Assembly: GCA_021813325.1 (NCBI GenBank)
Contig: JAKALA010000016.1
Span: 82-64,081, forward strand
Source of the DNA: a bacterium
GTDB taxonomy: Bacteria > Verrucomicrobiota > Verrucomicrobiia > Limisphaerales > UBA11358
Length of the DNA: 64,000 nucleotides
Direction: 5' to 3'
The stretch's first letter is position 1. Each line of letters opens with the position of its first letter. The position numbers and the translations under genes were made by a program. Shown piece by piece: positions 9,930 to 20,141 of this stretch. The notes under the pieces were generated by a model. It had not been told where the DNA came from, searched no databases, and saw only the letters and a program-made list of their open reading frames with translations.

Positions 9930-11342
9930 ATGTCGATTCCAGTCCTCAGCGTCCCGCAAATGCGCGAATGGGAACGCGCCACGTGGGCCACCGGCGTCAA
10001 GGAAGAAGAGGTCATCCGCCGCGTGGGCAAACGCGTGGCCCGCCGCGCCCGCAAATTGACCCGGCCCGGCGATACCGTCCTGTTTCTCCTCGGCAAAGGC
10101 CACAACGGCGATGACGCCCGCGCCGCCGCCAAACAATTGGAGGAGCGCCGCGTCAAGCAACTGGAAATGTTTCTGGCCGACAGCAGCCTGCTGCCGCTGG
10201 AAATGGCCCTGGCTGAAAAAACCGCGCTGGTCGTGGATGGACTGTTCGGCATCGGCCTCAACCGGCCGCTTTCCGAAGCGTGGCGCAAAATCATCGACAC
10301 GCTCAACGCCAGCCGCATTCCCGTGCTGGCCATTGATGTTCCCTCCGGGTTGAATGCCGCCACGGGAGAAACTTTTGGGACTGCTGTGCAGGCGGCGGTC
10401 ACGCTCACCGTGGGCGCACCCAAAACCGGCCTGATGACCACTGCGGCGGCTCCATTCGTAGGCCGGCTTGAAGTCACCGAGGACGTGGGGTTGATTCCCT
10501 GCCCGCTGCGCGCGGAACTCAATTGGATTCAGCCGGATGATTTTGAGCATTTTCCCCCGACACGTCCGGTCAACGGCCATAAAGGCACGTTCGGCCACGC
10601 CACGATTGTTGCCGGCAGTTTGGGTTTTCACGGGGCGGCGGTGCTGGCGACCCGCGGCGCGCAACGGGCGCAACCGGGACTCACCACCCTGTTCACGCAG
10701 GAAAATGTTTATCTGCCGATCGCCGCCCAACTGCAATCCGCCATGGTCAACGCATGGTCGGATCAAACCCCTTTGCCCCCAAACACCACCGCCGCACTAG
10801 TCGGGCCTGGCCTGGCCGCACCGGAAACTACCGCCAAGCTGAAACCGTTGGCCCAGCAACTGTGGCGGGAAGCCGGTTTTCCTGTGATCTTTGATGCGAG
10901 CGCGCTTGACTGGCTGGAACCGGCAACGGCGCCGCTGACCGCACCCCGCGTGATCACGCCGCATCCCGGCGAAGCGGCGCGTTTGTTGAACCGCAGTTCG
11001 GCGGCGGTGCAAGCGGATCGCGTGGGCGCGCTCCGCGAGCTTTCCCAAAAATTTGGCGGATGCTCGGTCGTCTTGAAGGGCCATCAGACGCTGATCGGAC
11101 GCGCCACCGGGAATATTTTCGTCAACTCATCCGGCAACCCGCAATTGGCGCAAGGCGGCAGCGGCGATCTGCTGGCCGGTTTCATCACGGGTTTGCTCGC
11201 GCAACCGGCGCTCCAAGCCAACGTGGAACCGACGCTATGCTACGCGGTCTGGCAACATGGCGCCGCAGCGGATAATCTGAGCCTGACCCGACATAACTGG
11301 ACGGTGGAAGACCTGGCGGCGGAAATCGGCAACGCCCGATGA
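9930..11342 (+). CDS. nnr: Bifunctional NAD(P)H-hydrate repair enzyme (epimerase + ADP-dependent dehydratase)
   Basis: YjeF_N part (LLGKGHNGDDA, DGLFGIGL) and carbohydrate-kinase-like part (HKGTFGHATIVAGS, GGSGDLLAG). ATG at 9930. Confidence 0.85.
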   Translation: MSIPVLSVPQMREWERATWATGVKEEEVIRRVGKRVARRARKLTRPGDTVLFLLGKGHNGDDARAAAKQLEERRVKQLEMFLADSSLLPLEMALAEKTALVVDGLFGIGLNRPLSEAWRKIIDTLNASRIPVLAIDVPSGLNAATGETFGTAVQAAVTLTVGAPKTGLMTTAAAPFVGRLEVTEDVGLIPCPLRAELNWIQPDDFEHFPPTRPVNGHKGTFGHATIVAGSLGFHGAAVLATRGAQRAQPGLTTLFTQENVYLPIAAQLQSAMVNAWSDQTPLPPNTTAALVGPGLAAPETTAKLKPLAQQLWREAGFPVIFDASALDWLEPATAPLTAPRVITPHPGEAARLLNRSSAAVQADRVGALRELSQKFGGCSVVLKGHQTLIGRATGNIFVNSSGNPQLAQGGSGDLLAGFITGLLAQPALQANVEPTLCYAVWQHGAAADNLSLTRHNWTVEDLAAEIGNAR

Positions 11343-11361
11343 TCGGCGAAACATTGCGCAG

Positions 11362-12408
11362 CTAATGAATTTTGTCCGTCAGGATTCGCGAGGGATCGTT
11401 GATGCCCAACTGTAGCATGACGGCGTTGGTATAGATTTGAAAATTGGGATGCGCCGGCGGCACGTTGACGTTGTTGCGGGCGCGGGCCAGTTCCCGCAGC
11501 GCGAGTGTATCGAGCGCCACGGGATCGTGCCCCAGCCAAATTTGGTCGAGTTCAGTGGAATATTGCAAAAAACCGGAAGGTCCGCCCTGGTATTGCGCCA
11601 GCAAAGCATCGGTCACCAGCAGGACGACCCGGTCGCTCACCAGCGGCTGCGCATAAATTTCCGGGAGCGCAATGGCCAACCGGTCCGGATCGCCCTCAAA
11701 CCGGCGGGTGTTGTCCACACTGCCCAGCGCCAGGCTGAAAAAATGTCCGCATAAGCTGGCGTCGTTTTCATTGATCAGCGGCGCCACGGAGATGATTTTG
11801 GTCATCTGCTGGCTGACGAGTTTGGAGAAAAAGGATTTTTTCCCCACGGCATCGCCTTTCCGGCCGAATTCAAAATCGCCCCACACCAACATGCCGGTGA
11901 TGGGCGAATCCGGCAGATAATAGTTGGTCGCGTCGTAGCCCGCCTCGACGGCGCCGGCCACCCGCACGCCGAATTGGGCGCCCAGTTTAAAAAATCCGGC
12001 CTGGCGCAGGTCGTAGGCGCGCTTGTCCCAAATGATTATGTGAGACGGCGGCAATCCGGCCCCCAGCAATCCCTGCACGATGGCGGCCACCACCGCCGGG
12101 CGGGTGCCGCACAAAGGCCCGGGCCGGGAAAACACCTTGATGCCCACGAGGTCGTTGGTGGCCACGAGCGTTCGCCAGGCGCCGGCAATGTTGCTGGTAT
12201 GGGTCAATTCCGACAGGCCCCGATTAAACGCGGCGGCGACGCGGCCATTGTCCGCCAGAAAGGCGTTCATCAAATTCTCCCCCTGGACTTGGACGATTTG
12301 AACGGTGGAATTGGTGACCGGCGGCACAAAAAAATCCGCCCCGGCAGCGGACACCAGCCCGCCGAGGAGCGCGATCCAGACGATTTGAAACCGTGCGTAA
12401 CTTGACAC
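11362..12408 (-). CDS. Secreted DUF362-like protein
   Basis: GTG start with signal-like FQIVWIALLGGLVSAAGA. The overall pattern (VGIKV...G..T.P.VV.AIV, GHDPVALDTLALREL) resembles DUF362. Weak, from memory. Confidence 0.45.
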   Translation of the reverse strand: MSSYARFQIVWIALLGGLVSAAGADFFVPPVTNSTVQIVQVQGENLMNAFLADNGRVAAAFNRGLSELTHTSNIAGAWRTLVATNDLVGIKVFSRPGPLCGTRPAVVAAIVQGLLGAGLPPSHIIIWDKRAYDLRQAGFFKLGAQFGVRVAGAVEAGYDATNYYLPDSPITGMLVWGDFEFGRKGDAVGKKSFFSKLVSQQMTKIISVAPLINENDASLCGHFFSLALGSVDNTRRFEGDPDRLAIALPEIYAQPLVSDRVVLLVTDALLAQYQGGPSGFLQYSTELDQIWLGHDPVALDTLALRELARARNNVNVPPAHPNFQIYTNAVMLQLGINDPSRILTDKIH

Positions 12409-12420
12409 TTTCAGGCGCGA

Positions 12421-14199
12421 ATGTTACCACCTCGTTGGATGTCGGCAAAAATAATTTCAGTTCGCAGTGTTCATTTATTGCTTGTGTTGTTGGTCATCGT
12501 CGCCGGCTGCACACCCGCCGGCCCGCGCGCCCTGCTCAAAGGCAAGAAATATCTCGACCAGGGCGATTATCCCGCCGCCGTGGAGCAGTTTAAAACCGCC
12601 GCCTCGCTGATGGCCACCAACGCCGCCGTTTGGAATTACTACGGCGTGGCGCTCCAATATGCCGGCCAGCCGGTGGAATCGGCCAACGCCTACCTCCGCG
12701 CCTTGAGTTTGGATCGCGACTTATTGGAAGCCCGCCTGAACCTCGGCATTTTGCAGTTGGAACAAAATCATCCGGATGCGGCCAAAACCGAACTCACCGC
12801 CTACACGCTGCGGCGGCCCAACGATCCGGGCGGCTGGCTCAAATTAGGCTCCGCCCAGCTTAAACTCGGGGAGACCGCGTCCGCTGAACGCAGTTTCAGC
12901 ACCGTTTATCATCTGGACACCAATAACGTGGAAGCCTTGAACGGCTTTGGGCTGGCCCGGATGCAACGGAATCGACCGCGCGAAGCCGCGCAGTTTTTCG
13001 CCGTGGCCGTCCAGTTGCAGCCGAATTATGGTCCGGCGCTGTTGAATCTGGGCGCGGTTTACGAGCAATATTTTCACGACAACGCCGTGGCCCTGAAATA
13101 TTACCAGGCCTACCTGGCACTGAATCCGCGACCCGCGAATTGGGAAGCAGTCAATGCGCTGGCTCATTCGCTCGAACAATCACTTGCCACCACCTCGACA
13201 CCAACACCCGCCCCGGCACCGGAGCCAGCAACTCCCGCTCCCAAACCGATCACCACCATGGCCGAGACCAGAACTCCAACCAGAACATCGACACCCGCGC
13301 CAGTGCGGTCCGCGCCCGCGCCTCGGGGCGCCGCCGGAAAACCCGAGCCAATCCCGGCACCCCGGACGGCGACACATGTGCCCACCCAAGTCATGCAGGT
13401 CGCGCCTGAACCCAAATTGGTCACGACACCCCAGCCAGCCGCGCCACCAGCCCGGCCAAACCCACCCGCCGCCGCGACAGAACCGGCAACCACCGAACCT
13501 CCGGCGGAACCGGCCGCCAAGCCGGGATTGTGGCAACGGTGGTTCGGCTCGTCCCAACCAGCCACGCCCGCGCCCAGCTCGGAATACATCGCCAATGGCG
13601 TGACCCCCTTGCCGGGCGCATCCGGGAAGGCCGCCGCCGCGCCCGCCAAGCCTGCGCCGGCGCCGGCGCCGACCCCGATAAAACTTTCCCGATATGGTTA
13701 TTTGCACCCCGCCAAGCCGGCACCGGGCAACCGGCGGGCCGCCAGCGGCGCCTTCACCCAGGCCCGCTTGGCTGAACAAAATGAAAAATGGGGCGCCGCT
13801 TTGAACGCCTACCGGCAGGCGGCGGATTTGGATCCTTCCTGGTTTGAAGCCAGTTACAACGCCGCCGTGATGGCTCAACGTCTGCAAAACTATGCCTCCG
13901 CCCTGGCCAGCTATGAACAGGCGCTCGCCATTGAGCCGGATTCGGTCAACGCCCGCTACAACTTTGCGCTGAGTCTCAAAAACGCCGGCTACGCGCTGGA
14001 CGCCGCCAATGAATTGCAGAAAATCCTCGCGGAAAACCCCGCGGAAACACGAGCGCATCTGGCCCTGGCCAACCTTTACGCCCAGCAACTCCACGACCCC
14101 GCGCAAGCCCGGGTGCATTACCAAAAGGTGCTGGAACTGGACCCCAACAACCCGCAAGCCTCGGAAATTCGTTTCTGGCTGGCCGGCAATCCCGGTTGA
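12421..14199 (+). CDS. TPR-repeat lipoprotein with a roughly 200-aa Pro/Ala/Thr-rich linker
   Basis: Lipobox-like LLVIVAGC. TPR repeats at both ends (e.g. AVWNYYGVALQYAGQPVESANAYLRAL, EASYNAAVMAQRLQNYASALASYEQAL). Low-complexity PAPAP-type centre at about 13190-13720. Confidence 0.8.
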   Translation: MLPPRWMSAKIISVRSVHLLLVLLVIVAGCTPAGPRALLKGKKYLDQGDYPAAVEQFKTAASLMATNAAVWNYYGVALQYAGQPVESANAYLRALSLDRDLLEARLNLGILQLEQNHPDAAKTELTAYTLRRPNDPGGWLKLGSAQLKLGETASAERSFSTVYHLDTNNVEALNGFGLARMQRNRPREAAQFFAVAVQLQPNYGPALLNLGAVYEQYFHDNAVALKYYQAYLALNPRPANWEAVNALAHSLEQSLATTSTPTPAPAPEPATPAPKPITTMAETRTPTRTSTPAPVRSAPAPRGAAGKPEPIPAPRTATHVPTQVMQVAPEPKLVTTPQPAAPPARPNPPAAATEPATTEPPAEPAAKPGLWQRWFGSSQPATPAPSSEYIANGVTPLPGASGKAAAAPAKPAPAPAPTPIKLSRYGYLHPAKPAPGNRRAASGAFTQARLAEQNEKWGAALNAYRQAADLDPSWFEASYNAAVMAQRLQNYASALASYEQALAIEPDSVNARYNFALSLKNAGYALDAANELQKILAENPAETRAHLALANLYAQQLHDPAQARVHYQKVLELDPNNPQASEIRFWLAGNPG

Positions 14200-14255
14200 T
14201 TCCCGGCGGATTATTTTCGCTGGAGTTTTTGGCCTTTCGGCAGGATGATTAAAAC

Positions 14256-14924
14256 ATGATTGCCGCTGTGACTGCCGGTAAGACATTCCTAAATTGGTTC
14301 GATGTTGCGCTTGTCGGCGTCATCGCCATCGGCTTCTGGCGTGGTCGTAAAAACGGCATGTCCAAGGAATTTCTGCCCGTTTCGCAGTGGCTGGTCATCG
14401 TCCTTACCGCCGGCCTGTTCAATCCTTTCCTGGGCAATCTGGCGATCAAAACCGGTCTGCTCAGAAACCTTTGCAAAAAGGTGGATGCGGAAAAAACCGC
14501 CGCCTGCATCCTGAGTTATCTGCTGGTCACGCTGGTGGTTTGGATTGTGTTCATCTACATCAAGCGCTATCTGAAACCCAAGTTGGAAGGCAGCAGTGCT
14601 TTTGGCGCGCTGGAATATTATCTGGGCATATTGGCGGGCGTTCTGCGCTACCTTTGCCTGTTGATCTTTGTGCTGGCGTTGCTGAACGCTCCGTATTACA
14701 CGGAGGCGGAAATCGCCGCCAATGCCGCCTACAACAACCGCTGGTATGGCGGCGGGGACAAGGATTTCAAGGGCGATTTCATCCCCAGTCTGGATCAGGT
14801 GCAGGCGAGCGTGTTCCAGCAGTCCCTGCTGGGACCATTCATCAAAGGCTATCTTGGCGCGTTGCTCATCAACACTGTCCCCAATGCGGCCCCGGCCAAG
14901 AAACCCGTCATCTCGTTCCATTGA
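14256..14924 (+). CDS. CvpA-family membrane protein
   Basis: N-terminal WFDVALVGVIAIGFWRGRKNG plus four hydrophobic helices, typical of CvpA-like proteins. Confidence 0.55.
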   Translation: MIAAVTAGKTFLNWFDVALVGVIAIGFWRGRKNGMSKEFLPVSQWLVIVLTAGLFNPFLGNLAIKTGLLRNLCKKVDAEKTAACILSYLLVTLVVWIVFIYIKRYLKPKLEGSSAFGALEYYLGILAGVLRYLCLLIFVLALLNAPYYTEAEIAANAAYNNRWYGGGDKDFKGDFIPSLDQVQASVFQQSLLGPFIKGYLGALLINTVPNAAPAKKPVISFH

Positions 14925-14941
14925 GCGCGCGGTTTTGACCC

Positions 14942-16762
14942 ATGGCTGGCTTCCTTTCTCCCGCGACCCGCGAACAAATCCGGGCGGCCAACGACATCGT
15001 GGACGTCATCGGCTCGTATCTGCCCTTGAAAAAAGCGGGCGGAAACTTTGTGGCGCTCTGTCCTTTTCACAAGGAAAAATCTCCCAGCTTCAACGTCAAT
15101 CCGCACAAACAAACTTTCCATTGCTTTGGCTGCCACAAGGGCGGCGACGTGTTCGCGTTCGTCAAGGAATACGAAAACATTGGTTTCATGGATGCCGTGC
15201 GCCGGCTGGCCGAACGCGCCAAAATCCCGCTGGAATTTGAAAATTCCCCCGGCGAGCAGCAATCCCGGCACATCAAGGAACAATTGCTCGACATCCACGA
15301 GCAACTCACGCAACGCTGGCAAAATTGTCTCTCCAGTGAAGCCGCCGGTCAGCTCGCCCGCGATTATCTGGCCAAGCGCGGCGTGTCCGAAGACGCCATC
15401 AAACTGTTTCGGATCGGCGCGGCCCCGGAATCGTGGGATGACACCGTCAACTGGGCCAGGAGCAAAAACTTCGAACTTGCCACCGCCGAGCAGGCCGGCC
15501 TGATCATCAAGAAAGAGGAAACCGGACGCCACTATGATCGCTTTCGCGGACGGCTCATGTTTCCGATCTGCAACGAACAAGGCCGTGTCATTGGATTCAG
15601 TGGACGCGTCCTCTCCGGCGACGAGAAAACCGCGAAATATGTCAATTCGCCCGAAACGCCGATCTTCACCAAGAGCAAGATTTTCTTCGGCCTCGACAAA
15701 TCCAAACGCGCGATTCTCGATGCCGGATACGCCATCATCTGCGAAGGCCAGTTGGATTTGATTGCCTGCTTCATGGCCGGCGTGCAAAACATCGTCGCCC
15801 CGCAGGGCACCGCTTTTACCGAACAGCACGCGCGCATTCTCAAACGCTACACCAACGAAGTGGTGCTGTGTTTTGATTCCGACAATGCCGGCCAAAACGC
15901 CATCGTCCGCGCCCTGGATCATCTGCTGGCAGCAGAACTCGCCGTGCGCGTCGCCGTCGTTCCGGCACCGCACGATCCCGACAGTTTCATCAAAGCGAAT
16001 GGCGGCGAGGCGTTCCGGCAATTGGTGCAAGGCGCGGAAGGTTTTTTTGATTATTTGCTCAAACGACTCTGCGCCACGAATGATGCCGCCACCGACAAAG
16101 GCCGGCTGGCCGTTTTGCGCGGCATGGCCGAGGCGTTGCATAAAACCGGCAACTCCGTCTTGCTGGACACGCACGCCCAAAAAACCGCGCTGCGCCTGGG
16201 CGTGCCGGCCGAAGCCGTGCGCAAGGAATTTGCCAAAGTCAAAATCACACCAGCCTTTTCGCCCGTGGAAGACGATGGTCCCGATGATGCCGTGCTGGCT
16301 GGCGAAGCCGAGGGTGAAACCATCAGTCGCCCCTCAAGTCTGGAACTGCACCTCTTGAAATTGTTGTTCGTGCATGAAGATCTTGCGCCGTGGCTGACGG
16401 CGCATTTGCATTTGGATTGGATTGCGCACCCGCTTGTAAAGCAAATTGTCGATGCCCGGCTGGCCGCCTGCGAACACGACACCTGGCACAGCTTGACCGA
16501 ATTCCTCGACGGCTGCGAATCGCCCGCTCAACGGGTTTTAATCACCGAAGCCGTGGCCGATGAACGGCAACTGCCGAATGCAGAGATTCAGATCGCCGAC
16601 GTCACCCTGAAATTGCGCAACCAATTTCTGGATCAGCGCATTGGCGCCTTGCTACAAACGATCAGCCTGCCGGAAACGGACGATGCCCGGAAAATCGAAT
16701 TTCTGCACGAACAACAGCGTTTAAAACAACTCAAGCGGCAACCGCTCGCCGCTCTGGAATAA
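14942..16762 (+). CDS. dnaG: DNA primase
   Basis: CHC2 zinc finger CPFHKEKSPSFNVNPHKQTFHCFGCHKGGDVFAFV. TOPRIM motifs (ICEGQLDLI, CFDSDNAGQ). Confidence 0.95.
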   Translation: MAGFLSPATREQIRAANDIVDVIGSYLPLKKAGGNFVALCPFHKEKSPSFNVNPHKQTFHCFGCHKGGDVFAFVKEYENIGFMDAVRRLAERAKIPLEFENSPGEQQSRHIKEQLLDIHEQLTQRWQNCLSSEAAGQLARDYLAKRGVSEDAIKLFRIGAAPESWDDTVNWARSKNFELATAEQAGLIIKKEETGRHYDRFRGRLMFPICNEQGRVIGFSGRVLSGDEKTAKYVNSPETPIFTKSKIFFGLDKSKRAILDAGYAIICEGQLDLIACFMAGVQNIVAPQGTAFTEQHARILKRYTNEVVLCFDSDNAGQNAIVRALDHLLAAELAVRVAVVPAPHDPDSFIKANGGEAFRQLVQGAEGFFDYLLKRLCATNDAATDKGRLAVLRGMAEALHKTGNSVLLDTHAQKTALRLGVPAEAVRKEFAKVKITPAFSPVEDDGPDDAVLAGEAEGETISRPSSLELHLLKLLFVHEDLAPWLTAHLHLDWIAHPLVKQIVDARLAACEHDTWHSLTEFLDGCESPAQRVLITEAVADERQLPNAEIQIADVTLKLRNQFLDQRIGALLQTISLPETDDARKIEFLHEQQRLKQLKRQPLAALE

Positions 16763-16769
16763 ATAAAAC

Positions 16770-16795
16770 GGGTGCAATCCGCAAAGATTGCACCC
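16770..16795. terminator. Hairpin shared by the convergent dnaG and cytochrome genes
   Basis: GGGTGCAATC-CGCAAA-GATTGCACCC. On the minus strand it is followed by GTTTTATTTAT. It lies 8 nt after the dnaG stop and 23 nt after the stop at 16818. Confidence 0.6.
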
Positions 16796-16817
16796 GCTTC
16801 CTGCGGTTCCTCTAAAT

Positions 16818-17228
16818 TTATTTGGCCCCCTGCTTGATCCAGCCGAGGATCAGGCTGATTTCATCTGGCGTCAACGGCTTGATCCCCGCTTTATTGTGCA
16901 ACGGCGGCATCCAGTCATCCGAATCTTTTGAAAGATGGCCAACCGCCTTGACCAGCGGACTTTTACGCGGTTCGCCCGGCAGAACCACCTTGCCGTCCTT
17001 GGAACCTTTCAGCACGCCTTCCAGGGAGTCCAGATGCAACCTCGCCTTGGGCCGGCGACCGCTGTGGCACTTGATGCAGGAAGTGTCGAAAATGGGCTTG
17101 ATATCCGTGGCATAGGTTATTCCGGCCTTTTCGGATGCCGGCGGCAATTTGGCCGGTTCCGCCAGCGCGCTCACCGTCAGGGCAAACGCGGCCAGCCCGA
17201 TCCAAAGGAGTGATTTCTTGTGATTCAT
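16818..17228 (-). CDS. Secreted c-type cytochrome domain protein (PSCyt1-like)
   Basis: ATG at 17228 (MNHKKSLLWIGLAAFALTVSALA). Haem motif CIKCHSG within IKPIFDTSCIKCHSGRRPKARLHLDS, typical of the planctomycete cytochrome C domain. Confidence 0.75.
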   Translation of the reverse strand: MNHKKSLLWIGLAAFALTVSALAEPAKLPPASEKAGITYATDIKPIFDTSCIKCHSGRRPKARLHLDSLEGVLKGSKDGKVVLPGEPRKSPLVKAVGHLSKDSDDWMPPLHNKAGIKPLTPDEISLILGWIKQGAK

Positions 17229-17336
17229 GGCAAATATGGCGGTTTCATCCGCTGGAGAATAAGACCTCCACACTGGGAAAAGGTTTCACTAAATTTGATG
17301 ATTAGCCGGCTTGCCGGCAATCGGGCTTGCGGCAAA

Positions 17337-18203
17337 ATGGTCGGCGTGCATAGTGACGATTTTTCCGACGCCGCGCTGGTGGTGTTGGGGCATGGCACCG
17401 AGTTGAATGCCGGTTCCGCCCTGCCCGCCATCCAACACGCCGCCGCCTTGCGGCGACGCCACCTTTTCCGCGAAGTGCGGGAGGCATTTTGGAAACAATC
17501 GCCCCAGATCAAAACCGTATTAAGCGAACTTCGCTCCGAACGCATCTTTATCGTGCCGCTGTTCATCAGCGAAGGCTACTTCAGCGCCGGAGTCATTCCC
17601 AAAGAATTGGGGTTTTCCTTTCCCGGGGACTTAACCATCAAAACTCAAAACTCGGAACTTCATTACTGCCGCCCGGTTGGTTCGCATGAACGGATGACCA
17701 AAGTGATCTTGGCCCGGGCAACCGAAGTCGTGAAGCAATTTCCCTTTCCCCGCGCGCCCAAACCGGCCGAGACCACGTTGTTCATCGCCGGGCATGGCAC
17801 GGAACGCAACGCCAATTCCCGCAAGGCCATCGAGCATCAGGTCGCGTTGATCCGCGAACAAAAGATCTACGCCGGGGTCCACGCCGTGTTCATGGAGGAA
17901 GATCCGCGTATCGGAGAAATTTACCAACAGACCCAAACCCGCAACCTCGTGGTGGTGCCGTTTTTTATCAGCGACGGTTTGCACGTGGTGGAAGACATTC
18001 CGGTGCTGTTGGGAGAACCGGAAAAACTGGTCAAGGAACGGCACGCGGTCGGACAGCCCACCTGGCGCAATCCGACCGAGAAACACGGCAAGCTCGTTTG
18101 GTATTCCGCATCCGTCGGCACTGAACCGCTACTGAGCGACGTGATCTTGGAACGCGTCAGGGAAGCCAGTCGCGGCGCGGGTGCGGAAGCCCCGCCAAAA
18201 TAA
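17337..18203 (+). CDS. cbiX: Sirohydrochlorin chelatase (two-domain CbiX type)
   Basis: Duplicated halves VVLGHGT...PLFISEGYF and FIAGHGT...PFFISDGLHV. ATG at 17337. Confidence 0.75.
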   Translation: MVGVHSDDFSDAALVVLGHGTELNAGSALPAIQHAAALRRRHLFREVREAFWKQSPQIKTVLSELRSERIFIVPLFISEGYFSAGVIPKELGFSFPGDLTIKTQNSELHYCRPVGSHERMTKVILARATEVVKQFPFPRAPKPAETTLFIAGHGTERNANSRKAIEHQVALIREQKIYAGVHAVFMEEDPRIGEIYQQTQTRNLVVVPFFISDGLHVVEDIPVLLGEPEKLVKERHAVGQPTWRNPTEKHGKLVWYSASVGTEPLLSDVILERVREASRGAGAEAPPK

Positions 18204-18246
18204 AAGTTAGAGCCGCCATTCCGCGTCGCCTACAATCGCCGCACTC

Positions 18247-19326
18247 ATGAAACAACTCCGCATTGGATTTCTCAGCACCGCCGGCATTGCCAGGAGAAAC
18301 TGGAAGGCGATTTTACATTCCGGCAACTGCCTCGTCAGCGCCGTGGCCAGTCGCGATCTCGATAAAAGCCGCCAATTCATAGCCGAATGCCAGGCGGAAC
18401 ACGCTTTTCCAGCGCCGCCCGAGGCGCTCGGCAGTTACGAAGCTTTAATCCAATCGCCGAGCGTGGATGCCATTTATTTTCCCCTGCCCACGGGGCTGCG
18501 GCAGGAATGGGTCCGCCAAGCCGCTGAAGCCGGCAAACACATTCTCTCCGAAAAACCCTGTGCGAACGACCACGCCGAGCTTGCGACCACCCTGTCCATC
18601 TGCCGCGAGCAGCGCGTGCAGTTCATGGACGGCGTGATGTTCATGCACAGTCCGCGGCTGGCCAAAGTCCGGGAAGTGCTGAACGACGAACAACGGATCG
18701 GACGCCTTCGCCACATGGATTCGGCATTCTGTTTTTATGGCGGCGAGCCGTTTTTTCGCAACAACATTCGGCTCGACGGCGATCTCGAACCAACCGGCTG
18801 TCTCGGCGATCTCGGCTGGTATTCCATTCGTTTGGCGCTTTGGGTGATGAACTGGCAACTGCCGGTCAAGGTCACGGGAAAAATTCTCACCGAACTCGCG
18901 GCGGAAAATTGCGGCAAACCGACGCCGGCGGAATTCTCCGGCGAACTGTTTTTTGAGGGCGGCTTTTCCGTTTCGTTTTATTGCTCGTTCATCACCGGCT
19001 ACCAGCAATGGGCACACGTCAGCGGCGAGCGGGGCTGGCTGCGTTTGCCGGACTTTGTGCATCCGCTCGACAGCTACGAACCGGCGTTTGAAGTGAATGA
19101 CGAGTTCATCACCGTGACCGGCGGGATGAAATGTCCGCCGAATACACACGCCAAAATCCAAGGTCATGCCACCGCCCAGGACACGCGGATGTGGCGCCAT
19201 TTCGCCGGCCAGATTTGCTCCGGCCAGCTGAATGACGACTGGCCGATGTGGGCGCTTAAAACCCAGCAAGTGCTGGACGCGTGCCACGCCGCGGCAATTA
19301 AAAAAGAACCCGTCCACCTTGTTTGA
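18247..19326 (+). CDS. Gfo/Idh/MocA-family oxidoreductase
   Basis: N-terminal Rossmann segment LRIGFLSTAGIARRN and the ILSEKPCA (EKP) motif. Confidence 0.8.
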   Translation: MKQLRIGFLSTAGIARRNWKAILHSGNCLVSAVASRDLDKSRQFIAECQAEHAFPAPPEALGSYEALIQSPSVDAIYFPLPTGLRQEWVRQAAEAGKHILSEKPCANDHAELATTLSICREQRVQFMDGVMFMHSPRLAKVREVLNDEQRIGRLRHMDSAFCFYGGEPFFRNNIRLDGDLEPTGCLGDLGWYSIRLALWVMNWQLPVKVTGKILTELAAENCGKPTPAEFSGELFFEGGFSVSFYCSFITGYQQWAHVSGERGWLRLPDFVHPLDSYEPAFEVNDEFITVTGGMKCPPNTHAKIQGHATAQDTRMWRHFAGQICSGQLNDDWPMWALKTQQVLDACHAAAIKKEPVHLV

Positions 19327-20096
19327 TGACGCTGGCCACGGAAATCAGCCTGTTGTTTGCGACCGGACTGGCGGCGGGTTTTGTGGATTCCATCGCCGGC
19401 GGCGGCGGGCTGTTGACCGTGCCGGCGCTGCTGAGCATCTGCCCCAACCCGGTCGTCGCCCTGGGCACCAACAAGCTTCAAGCCACGTTCGGTTCCACGA
19501 GCGCAACCTTTCACTACGCCCGGGCCGGGGCGCTGAATTTACCGGATTGCTGGCGCGCCTGTCTGCTGGCGTTTCTGGGTTCGCTGACAGGAGCCGCGCT
19601 GGTGCAAATGCTCAACGTGCAATTGCTCAAACAAGGGCTGCCCATCCTGCTGCTGTTGGTGGCCATTTTCGTTTGGTGCCGGCCAAAGCTCGGGGAAACC
19701 GATCTGCACCCGCGCATCTCCCGCCGGCAATTTGATTTCACCTTTGCGTTCGGCATTGGATTGTATGACGGCTTTTTCGGGCCCGGCACCGGCACCTTTC
19801 TGGCGCTGGCTTTCATGCTGGGTCTGGGTTTCAACTTAACCCGGGCCACCGCCCATGCCAAAGCCTTGAACTGGGCCAGCAATGTCGCCTCGCTGCTGGT
19901 ATTTCTTCTGGCGCAAAAGGTCTGGTTCGCCGCCGGCATTACCATGGGCGGCGGCCAGTGGCTGGGCGCGCGGCTCGGCAGCCGCCTGGTGGTAAAACGC
20001 GGCACCCGGTTCATCCGCCCGGTTTTTCTCACCATGGTGACCGCCATTACGCTGAAATTAATCTGGGATGAATGGTGGCATTGGCGGGGCGGTTGA
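19326..20096 (+). CDS. TauE/SafE (TSUP) family membrane transporter
   Basis: Polytopic protein. GFVDSIAGGGGLLTVPALL and a second GLYDGFFGPGTGTF repeat. Its ATG overlaps the upstream TGA by 1 nt. Confidence 0.8.
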   Translation: MTLATEISLLFATGLAAGFVDSIAGGGGLLTVPALLSICPNPVVALGTNKLQATFGSTSATFHYARAGALNLPDCWRACLLAFLGSLTGAALVQMLNVQLLKQGLPILLLLVAIFVWCRPKLGETDLHPRISRRQFDFTFAFGIGLYDGFFGPGTGTFLALAFMLGLGFNLTRATAHAKALNWASNVASLLVFLLAQKVWFAAGITMGGGQWLGARLGSRLVVKRGTRFIRPVFLTMVTAITLKLIWDEWWHWRGG

Positions 20097-20141
20097 CGAA
20101 AAAGGTTGAACGCGGATCCAACGGGTCTAATCTGCCGTATC

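Noticed and set aside
13190-13720. Pro/Ala-rich low-complexity DNA as a possible tandem-repeat or contingency locus. The same applies to 5000-5300 and 43440-43740
   Set aside because: No exact nucleotide tandem repeat unit is visible. These are compositionally biased linker regions inside ORFs, and they explain the many overlapping shadow ORFs there.
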